DNA from: Gemmatimonadota bacterium
GTDB taxonomy: Bacteria > Gemmatimonadota > Gemmatimonadetes > Gemmatimonadales > GWC2-71-9
Reading direction: 5' to 3'
DNA length: 64,000 nt
NCBI GenBank assembly: GCA_039588255.1
Contig: JBDHAF010000001.1
Location: 25,488 to 89,487 of the forward strand
Within the stretch, counting starts at the first letter, position 1. Every line of letters begins with the position of its first letter. The notes below the pieces were generated by a model. It was given only the letters and a program-made list of their open reading frames with translations. It ran no database searches and was not told where the DNA came from. Shown piece by piece: positions 9,749 through 18,100 of this stretch. The translations under genes and the position numbers were made by a program.

Positions 9749-10747
9749 TTACGCCGAGTGAACGATCCGCGCCCCCGGCGCCCGAACTCGTAGCAGTCCT
9801 TCAGCACGTATCTCCGGCATTCCGAACACCGCCGTGGCGGCGGCGTCGGCCGTCATGCACCGATCCGCGGTCACCGTAATGCTGTGCGCCCGGCTCTGCC
9901 GCGGCGCACCCGTCTTCGGATCGAGGAGATGGTGGTAGCGGCGATTGCCGTACTTGAAGAACTGCAGGTAGTCGCCCGACGTCGCCACAGCTCGATCCGC
10001 CACGTCGAGAGTTCCGGCCAGCATCGACGGGTCTTCGGGGGATCGAACTCCCACGTGCCACGGATCGCCGTCTTCTGATTCGCCCATCCCGTGCAGATCC
10101 CCGCCAACGTTCACCAACGCCCGTTGGATTCCCCACTCCCGCAGTGCTTCCACCGCACGGTCCACGCCGTAGCCCTTCGCAATGCCCCCCAAATCCAGCC
10201 GCACGTCCGCACTGGCAAACCTGACGACGGGCTCTCCCCGCCACGTATTCAGATCCAAGCTGCGATACAGCCCGTGGTTTGCCAGTCGTCGCACGTCGTC
10301 CGCCGGCGGCGGCACGCGCCGATTGGTTACGTCCCACAGCTCCACGGCCCGTCCAATGCACGGATCGAAAGCGCCATCGCTCACCTCCGCCCACCGGATC
10401 CCCTCCTCGACTACGGTCGCCGTGGCAGGAGAGATCGACACCGCCTGCGTCGCGGCGCGGAGATTGGCCCGGCCGATATCCGACGTGGGAGTGAACCGCG
10501 TCATGGTGCGCTCCACCTCGCGCAGCTCCGCAATTGCCGCGTCGATCGCCTGGTGAGCGTACCGGGGATCCCGATGCACGACCGCGATCTCCCCGATGGT
10601 TCCCATGACCGGGATGCTGCGGCGTGTGAGCACCTGCTTCCGGCGCACCACCGCCGGGGCCGCCGCGACAGCAAATGCTCCAACACCCAGGAGAATGACA
10701 TCCCGGCGGGACGGATGTGCGCGGTCCGACGCTTCAGATCTGTTCAT
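9749..10747 (-). CDS. apbE: FAD:protein FMN transferase
   Basis: Twin-arginine-like SRRDVI leader, MGT, FDP, DLGGIAKG, ATSGDY, HHLLDP, ADAAATA; last gene of the rnf operon. Confidence 0.92.
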   Translation of the reverse strand: MNRSEASDRAHPSRRDVILLGVGAFAVAAAPAVVRRKQVLTRRSIPVMGTIGEIAVVHRDPRYAHQAIDAAIAELREVERTMTRFTPTSDIGRANLRAATQAVSISPATATVVEEGIRWAEVSDGAFDPCIGRAVELWDVTNRRVPPPADDVRRLANHGLYRSLDLNTWRGEPVVRFASADVRLDLGGIAKGYGVDRAVEALREWGIQRALVNVGGDLHGMGESEDGDPWHVGVRSPEDPSMLAGTLDVADRAVATSGDYLQFFKYGNRRYHHLLDPKTGAPRQSRAHSITVTADRCMTADAAATAVFGMPEIRAEGLLRVRAPGARIVHSA

Positions 10748-10913
10748 GTCGTGACTCCGAGATGTCGCGGACGTGGGGGCACGATCCACAATTGTCAACT
10801 GATTCATCGTATTCGCAGGTACTACAGCTTCGGGGCTCCTGCCCGTAGCGGTGGAACATGCCAAAGCCGACAAACATGACGGCGAGGCCCAAGACCGCGA
10901 GTACTTCACTCAT
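10734..10913 (-). CDS. 59 aa single-TM Cys-rich small protein
   Basis: MSEVLAVLGLAVMFVGFGMFHRYGQEPRSCSTCEYDESVDNCGSCPHVRDISESRHEQI; ATG overlaps the rnfA stop and its 3' end overlaps the apbE start. Confidence 0.7.
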   Translation of the reverse strand: MSEVLAVLGLAVMFVGFGMFHRYGQEPRSCSTCEYDESVDNCGSCPHVRDISESRHEQI

Positions 10914-11488
10914 GTCGAGCTCAACAATCCGGCGAACCCCATGAACGCCAATGAGAGACATCCGGCAATGATGAAGATGAGGGCTGTCCCCTTGGCAACC
11001 TCCGGGATATCCGCCAACTCGGTGTTCTCCCGAATCGACGCCATGAGGACCAACGCCAACGTCAGGCCTAATCCGGCACCGACGGCAAAGGCCATGCCCT
11101 GCAGGAATCCGTATCCCCGGTTGGTCTGGAAGATGGCCAGCCCGAGGATTGCACAATTCGTGGTAATCAACGGCAGGTAGATTCCCATCTGCCGGAAGAG
11201 TGTGGGGCTGATCTTCTTGATGGTCATCTCCACGATCTGCACCAACGACGCGATGACCACAATGAAGGAGATCAGCCGCAAGAACGGTGCGTACGGAAGA
11301 ATGAACGTATTGAGGAACCACGCACACAGTGACGTGATGGTCAGCACGAAGATGTTCGCCGCGCCCATGCGCAGCGCGGTGTACACCCGGCCGGACACCC
11401 CCATGAACGGGCACAGTCCGAGGAAGTAGAACAGCGTGAAGTTGTTCACCACCATGGCCGAAATGAGGATCCACATCAGGTCGCCCAT
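10910..11488 (-). CDS. rnfA: Rnf electron transport complex subunit A
   Basis: NNF..FLGLCPFMG, GIYLPLITTNCAILG, LSLAFMGF. Confidence 0.93.
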   Translation of the reverse strand: MGDLMWILISAMVVNNFTLFYFLGLCPFMGVSGRVYTALRMGAANIFVLTITSLCAWFLNTFILPYAPFLRLISFIVVIASLVQIVEMTIKKISPTLFRQMGIYLPLITTNCAILGLAIFQTNRGYGFLQGMAFAVGAGLGLTLALVLMASIRENTELADIPEVAKGTALIFIIAGCLSLAFMGFAGLLSST

Positions 11489-12159
11489 CACGCCGCCTTC
11501 TCTTTCCGGACACCTTCAGGCCACTCGCCGAGCAATTCCTTCTGCTCCCGGCGGTGCCGAATCCAGTTCAGCCCCAAGAGAATGAATCCCAACGTCAAGA
11601 ATCCTCCCGGGGGGAGAATCATCACGACCCACGGCTCGTACGAGGATCCAAAGAGATGCACCTCGAAGCGGGTCCCGGTGAGGAAGGTCCCGGTTCCGAT
11701 CACTTCGCGCACCGTCCCCATCATCAACAGGGCGATGAAGAAACCAACGCCGGTACCCACGGCGTCGAGCATCGACCGGCCGATCGGGCGCTTCGACGCA
11801 AACGCCTCTTGTCGTCCGAGGATCATGCAGTTGACGACGATGAGGGCGATGAACGCCCCCAGAGCCTTGTGGATCTCCGGCACTGTCGCTTCCAAGGTCA
11901 TATCGGCGACCGTGACGAAGCTGGCGATGATCAAGATATAGGTGGAGATCCGCACTTCGTGTGGAATGAACTTCTTCAGCAGGGACACGAGGAAGCTCGA
12001 CCCACAGAGCACGAAGAAGGTCGCCAGTCCCATGGCGATGCTGTTGGCCACGGTATTGGTCACCGCCAGCGCCGGACACAGCCCCAGCATCTGAATGAGC
12101 ACGGGATTCTCACGCCACACGCCGCGGAAGAGGTCGTGTTGAGGAGTCGTCTCTCTCAT
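11488..12159 (-). CDS. rnfE: Rnf electron transport complex subunit E
   Basis: ENPV..MLGLCPALAV, LIVVNCMILGR, LPPGGF. Confidence 0.93.
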   Translation of the reverse strand: MRETTPQHDLFRGVWRENPVLIQMLGLCPALAVTNTVANSIAMGLATFFVLCGSSFLVSLLKKFIPHEVRISTYILIIASFVTVADMTLEATVPEIHKALGAFIALIVVNCMILGRQEAFASKRPIGRSMLDAVGTGVGFFIALLMMGTVREVIGTGTFLTGTRFEVHLFGSSYEPWVVMILPPGGFLTLGFILLGLNWIRHRREQKELLGEWPEGVRKEKAA

Positions 12160-12836
12160 CGGTTCGCCACCTCGCCGTAGTTCTCGATCAGCGGTGTGAG
12201 GCGCTCCAGCGAAAGATTGATGATGTCGATGATGGTGCGCGACGAAATCGTCGCACCGGTGATTATGTCGATCTCGCTGGCATCGCCGGTGGCCCGGCCC
12301 CGCTTTACGCCCACCAGCATGGGCTCCGATCCGTCGAACTGATTAACAAAGGACGAATCCTTCTCGATCTTATCGCCCAACCCGGGAGTCTCTTTGCTCT
12401 CCAGTACCTTCATCCCGAGTAGGGAGTTGGTTCTCGGATCGTAACCGTAAATGACCTTGATGATGTCCTGGAATCCCGCCTTCTCCGAAGCAATGGCAAA
12501 CCCGACCGGTTGTTGGTCCAGATAGCCGAGATAGATTTGCTCGAGTTCATCTCCGTTCACACCCTCGGGCAACTCAGCCGTAAGTCGGCCGTCGTGTACG
12601 TAGAGCGTGTCGTAGCGCTCGGGCGCCTTGAGGACCTCCTGGATCGCCTGGCGCAACACCTCGGCCTTGTACGCGAGTATGGCAGGTTGGGTCGCCTCGT
12701 AGACGAACACCAAGACGAATCCCGCGATCGCACCGGCGACCGCCAGCGTTCGAAGCAGGCGGAACGATTGGACCTCAGGCGGCTCGGGTGCTGGGGGCGG
12801 CCCGCCGTTGCCGGATCCTGGCTGGACGTCGCTCAT
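12156..12836 (-). CDS. rnfG: Rnf subunit G (covalent FMN-binding)
   Basis: N-terminal TM, ETPGLG, DIITGATISS flavinylation motif; ATG 12836 overlaps the rnfD stop. Confidence 0.9.
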   Translation of the reverse strand: MSDVQPGSGNGGPPPAPEPPEVQSFRLLRTLAVAGAIAGFVLVFVYEATQPAILAYKAEVLRQAIQEVLKAPERYDTLYVHDGRLTAELPEGVNGDELEQIYLGYLDQQPVGFAIASEKAGFQDIIKVIYGYDPRTNSLLGMKVLESKETPGLGDKIEKDSSFVNQFDGSEPMLVGVKRGRATGDASEIDIITGATISSRTIIDIINLSLERLTPLIENYGEVANR

Positions 12837-13837
12837 GTCACCATCTGTTTCTTGCCGGCCCCGAACAACCGGGGCTGGGTGGCCTGGTTGATGAAGGGCA
12901 CGAGGCCATTCATCAGCAAGATGGCGTACATCACACCTTCGGCCAGCCCGCCCCACAGTCGAATGATCACGACCAGAAGTCCGATTCCGAAGCCGAAGAT
13001 CCAACACCCCACATTAGTGACCGGCGATGTCACCATGTCAGTGGCCATGTAGACGGCGCCGAGCATGAGGCCGCCGGAGAAGAGCATGAACACGGCACTC
13101 GGATACCGCGCGGCGTCGAGGAGATGCAGCGCCCCCGCCAAGAGAGCCACGGTGAGAAAAATGCTGATGGGAATCCGCCAGTTGAGGTGCTTCCGCAGCG
13201 CCAGATACGCGCCACACACCAAAATGACGATCCCCGAGGTCTCACCCAGCGACCCGCCGACCGACCCCATGATGAGCGCCGACGCCTCAGTACCGGTTGC
13301 CTCGAACTTCATGAGTCCCAGTGGGGTCGCACCCGTCATCGCGTCCACGACTTCCGGGCTCATGAGGGGTAGCGCGAAGTTGTCGCCGCGGAGACTCCAC
13401 CAGTTCGCCGTTGCCGTGGACCAAGTCGTCATGGCGACCGGAAACGCCGCCTGGACAAAAGCCCGGCCCAGCAGCGCCGGATTGAAGACGTTCTGTCCCA
13501 ATCCTCCAAAGACCAACTTGCCGAATCCGATGCCGAACACGCCGCCCACGAAGGCCATCCACAGCGGCAGCCCGGGAGGCAACGTGAGACCCAGCAGGAC
13601 CCCGGTGATGGCAGCCGATCCGTCCAGAAGTGCCTTCTTCGGCCCGAACCAGTATTCGGTGAGCACGCCTCCCGCCGTGGCGGCGGCGATCACGAGGAGC
13701 GCGCTGGGGCCGAAGTAGTAGGTTGCCACCGCCACGACCGGCACGAGACTCATCACCACCGACCACATGATCGTGGGCGTGCTGTCTCCCCCGCCTAAAT
13801 GTGGAGATGCGGTTACGAGAAAGCGCGGTCGTATCAT
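12833..13837 (-). CDS. rnfD: Rnf subunit D
   Basis: SPH, FGGLGQNVFNPA, DAMTGATPL (FMN-Thr), GSLGETS, MATDMVTSP. Confidence 0.93.
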   Translation of the reverse strand: MIRPRFLVTASPHLGGGDSTPTIMWSVVMSLVPVVAVATYYFGPSALLVIAAATAGGVLTEYWFGPKKALLDGSAAITGVLLGLTLPPGLPLWMAFVGGVFGIGFGKLVFGGLGQNVFNPALLGRAFVQAAFPVAMTTWSTATANWWSLRGDNFALPLMSPEVVDAMTGATPLGLMKFEATGTEASALIMGSVGGSLGETSGIVILVCGAYLALRKHLNWRIPISIFLTVALLAGALHLLDAARYPSAVFMLFSGGLMLGAVYMATDMVTSPVTNVGCWIFGFGIGLLVVIIRLWGGLAEGVMYAILLMNGLVPFINQATQPRLFGAGKKQMVT

Positions 13838-15156
13838 GCGGCTTTATGCGTGCGTAGCGCGATCTTGGCGATGGCGAACAACTGGCTGAGAGGAATGTTG
13901 GATGGACACGTATATGAACAACAGCCGCACAGCATGCAATCCATGAGGTCGTGCGTCTCCATCTCCTCATAGCGTGCCACCATCGCGAGGCGACCGAGAA
14001 GCTGGGGGTTGAGAAAGACCGGACACGCATCGAGGCAATGACCGCAGCGTATACAGGGATGCGTGTCTTTCGGTTTGCAGTCTGCCTCGGTCAGCACCAC
14101 GACGCCCGTCGTGCCCTTGAGAAGCGGGGTATCGAGATTGCCCTGCGCCGCCCCCATCATCGGACCCCCGAACACGATCTCGTAGGCGTTCTCGGTGAGG
14201 CCGCCACAAACGTCCAGCAGATCCCTGATTTTGGTGCCGACGGGCACGATCAGGTTAGCAGGGTTGTTGATCCCCCGTCCGGTCACTGTCACGATGCGCT
14301 CGATCAGCGGAAGGCCCGTCTCGAACACCTCTGCGATGGTGGCCACCGACGCTACGTTCTGCACCACGGCTCCGACGTCCATCGGCAGCTTTCCGGACGG
14401 GACTTGCCTTCCCAAGAGCGCGTCGATGAGCATCTTCTCCGCCCCCTGAGGGTATTTCACCGTCACCGGGTGCACCGTCACGTCGATGTCGCTGGGCAGC
14501 GTGGCCTCCATCCTCTCGATGGCATCGGGTTTGTTCTTCTCGATCCCGATCATCGCCCGGTCCACACCCAGGCAGCGCATCATGATACGAATACCCAGCT
14601 GAACCCGCTCCGGATACTCCACCATCGTACGATGATCTGTGGTGAGATACGGCTCGCACTCACATCCATTCAGGATGACCGTGTCGATGGCTTTGTCCTT
14701 GGGTGGAGAGAGCTTCACGTGGGTGGGAAATGCGGCACCGCCCAGTCCCACGACTCCGGCATCCTGGATCGCTTGGATCATCTCCTTCGGAGACAATCCC
14801 TCCCACTTCGGGACGAGTCTTGGACGGGCGGCCTGCGCCGAGAACGGCTCCACCGCGATGCGGACCGATTCCGCGTAACTGCCGTCGGGGTGCGGCCACA
14901 GCGCAATGTCGGTGACGGTCCCGGCAGCAGACGCGTGAACCGGTGAAGAGACGAACCCATCCGCCGCGGCGATCTTGTCGCCGCGCTCCACGTGGTCTCC
15001 CTTCCGCACGATGATCTTCGCCGGCTTGCCGGTGTGCTGTTGCAAAGGCAGGACGATCTCGTCCGGGAACGGCATCCGCCGAATGGGTACGGCCTCCGTC
15101 AAGGCCTTCAATTCCGGCGGGTGGACGCCGTGCCGGAAGGTAAAGCCGGTGCTCAT
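13834..15156 (-). CDS. rnfC: Rnf subunit C (NADH/FMN, 2x[4Fe-4S])
   Basis: GVHP, GLGGAAFPTHVK, NGCECEPY, YPQGAEK, GGPMMG, CIRCGHCLDACP, CMLCGCCSYTCP. Confidence 0.94.
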   Translation of the reverse strand: MSTGFTFRHGVHPPELKALTEAVPIRRMPFPDEIVLPLQQHTGKPAKIIVRKGDHVERGDKIAAADGFVSSPVHASAAGTVTDIALWPHPDGSYAESVRIAVEPFSAQAARPRLVPKWEGLSPKEMIQAIQDAGVVGLGGAAFPTHVKLSPPKDKAIDTVILNGCECEPYLTTDHRTMVEYPERVQLGIRIMMRCLGVDRAMIGIEKNKPDAIERMEATLPSDIDVTVHPVTVKYPQGAEKMLIDALLGRQVPSGKLPMDVGAVVQNVASVATIAEVFETGLPLIERIVTVTGRGINNPANLIVPVGTKIRDLLDVCGGLTENAYEIVFGGPMMGAAQGNLDTPLLKGTTGVVVLTEADCKPKDTHPCIRCGHCLDACPVFLNPQLLGRLAMVARYEEMETHDLMDCMLCGCCSYTCPSNIPLSQLFAIAKIALRTHKAA

Positions 15157-15160
15157 ACCA

Positions 15161-18100
15161 TTAGCTGAATGGTTCCGCCCGCTTCTTCCATTTGTCGAGA
15201 TCTTTCTCCTTCGGATTCAGGGGCGTTCCCGGATGTATGATGGCGACAGGGCATTTCTCCGCGGCCATGACGAGCTGGCGGAACGTTCCTGCCTTCGAGT
15301 CCTTGATGTATGCCAACTTCTTGTCGTCGTAGGCGAACATCTTCTTGTTCATGTTGGTGCACTCGTCACAGGAGGTACACCGCGCCGATTCGATGTACGG
15401 GTCCATCCCCAGCGCCTCATCCTCTTCCTCTACCTCCACTGCCGTCGCAACCGCGGCAGCGGCCGGTGCCTCCGCGGGCGCCGCAGGTGCCGCGCCGGGC
15501 GCACCCCCGAGGTCGATTCCCGGCAACGTCACCGGTGGCGCGCTCAACCCGGGCATAGCACTCACCTCGGACAGCAAGTCGTCAATGGTCCTGCTCCCGT
15601 TGCCCGAGCGAATCAGGCCTTCTGCCAGCCGGCGTGCAATCACCGGCGGATAGCCGGCCTTCAACTCGGCCAGCTTCGTCTCGTACTCGGCCCGGATGGC
15701 TTCCGCCTTGCGCGCAAATTCCTCCTCCAGATCCGCTTCCACCACACCGCGGGCATCCGCCCCGACCTCGAGGCCTGCCATCTGCTTCAGCAGTGACCAG
15801 AATGCGAGGCGCTCCTCGGCCAGCTCAACGATCTCGTCGGCGACGAGCAGTCGGCCGAGGCGTAGGTCGTCGGTGTACGTGTAGATGAACGGCGTCTGGC
15901 CTTCCCGGTCTTGCGCCGAGAGCTCCACATACTCGTGGAACGGTGTGAGCGTGTCCTCATCCACGTCCGCCGGCGCTCTCTTGAAGTGTTTCTTGAAGCG
16001 CGATTCGGTCGCCGTCCAGTCCGCCGTCGTGTACGGGAGGGACATGGTCTGCTCCTCACCGCTCTCGTCCACGTACTTCAGCTCGTACTCGGGCCACGTG
16101 TCTTCCGGAGACGGGTTCCCGTCGAGATTGAGACACTCTTCCAGTGTCGATCCGGCATCCGGATCGAACACGAGCATCGGGAAGCTCCGGCTCTCGAGGG
16201 CGGCCTTAGCCGCCTTCATCGCGGATTGATCCGCAATGCCGTGCTCGGGAGGACAGGGGCAATGCAGCACGAAGATCGCCGGGCGACGCACCTGCAGGCC
16301 CTTCAAGACACCCCCTAGGAGATGGGATGCCGATGCCTGGGACGACTGGAGGACATATGCTCCGCGGTGCGCCATGGCGATCAGGGCCATCTCCTTGCGG
16401 ACCTCTTCCTTCCCGTGCTGGTCTTTGCCGAAGGCGGCCATGTCGGACACCTGTCCGGTGAAGCCACTCGTACACGCTTGGCCACCGGTGTTGGAGTACA
16501 CCTGGGTGTCCAGCACGATGACGCGGATCGGCTTCCCCGACGCCATGAGCCTCGAGACATTCTGAAACCCGATGTCGAGCATGGCGCCGTCGCCGCCAAC
16601 GGCGAATAGCGGCGGGCACATGGCGAACTCATCGTCATCGAACTGGCGCCAATCGAACTTCGAGAAGACGGGTTCGTGAACCGCGGCGTCGTACTCGTTC
16701 TTGAGCTGCAACTCGGCACGCCGGACCGCAATGAACCCGTCACCCATCTTCCGCATGTGCCCTTCGAAAATGCCGATGGCGATGGACGGTGCATCCTGGA
16801 AGAGATGGTTGGTCCACGGGAACGGATAGGGATTGTAAGGATAGGTGCTGCCCCACACTGACGAGCACCCGGTGGCGTTGGTAAACGCCATCGTGGACCG
16901 TCCCTTGCCGCTCGGTCCCTCCGTGTATCGCCAGCGGAGATCTTTGAGATCCCGGATCATCTTGGCGATGTTTTCGACCTTCTGCTTCTTCTCCCCTTCG
17001 AGAGGAATCTCCACCTCGCCGTCGCCAATACTGCCGACGTCGTCGAGGTCGGCATCCGACGCCAGCAGGTCACGGGCCTGCGCGTCGAGCCCGGCGATCA
17101 GCCCGTCGAGCCGCCGGACGTACTTCTCGGCCCGGGGCAACATCAGGGCGTTGACCGCCGAGATCACCAGGTGGATGGCGGTCTTTTCACCACACCCCAT
17201 ACAAGAGCCGTCTCCGCCCACCATCGACAGATAGTTCTCCTTCTTGAGCAGCAGCGACGACAGCACGCCGATGCCCTCGTCCATGTCGCGGATGTTGATG
17301 TAGCGGTCGTCCGTATCCGGAAGCCGCTTCCACAGATCCCAGTTGCGACGGAGCTTCTCGACTGCATCGTCGTCCTGCTTGATGGTGATCAAAGCTTCAT
17401 CGGGACAGACGTCGACGCAGATGTTACAGCCCTTGCAGGTCTCGGGATTGACGGTGATGGAGAGGAGACCACCCGTTCCCTTCTCCTTGCCCTCCGGCAG
17501 GTCGAAGAAGGGAGCCGTCTTGGCCAACGGGAAATCGGCGAGCGCCGAGTAGACTGGGGCAAACTCCGCATCGACGGCGGCGCGGCGCTCCGCGTCCATG
17601 CCCAGCTTATCAACGACCGTTTTGTACGACTGGGACAGCACATCGGCAAAGGTGGTAAACGGCACCCCCTTCATGATGCGCCGGGCTTCCTTCGCCACGT
17701 GCTTCGAGACCTGGCGGAAGCGATCGAAAGTCTGGCCGTTGTTCGACGCCGTCGCGACGGCGGCATCCAACACGTCTTCGACCGTGTTGACGATTCCCGG
17801 TATGGCCGAGTCGGGACACTGAGTCCAACACTGGGCGCATCCCGTGCATTTCTCGGGAACGAACTCCGGGATCTCGAACCGCACATCGGTCATGTCCCTG
17901 ATGGAGCTCGTCGCCGCCGGAATCGCGCTCAGCGCCGCGAAGGGATCAGCGATCCCATCCTGGCCAGTCTTACACAGGTAGCAGACCTGTTCCCAGAAAC
18001 GCCCTGGGTTCCCGATACCAGCCTGGACTTCCGGACGATCGAGGTAATCCGGTATGGACGGCACTAATGCCACTTCGTCCCCTTCACCGGGCAACGCGCC

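Noticed and set aside
10910..15156. Na+-NQR complex
   Set aside because: RnfC (NADH/FMN plus 2 Fe-S) and RnfB are present; no NqrA or NqrF
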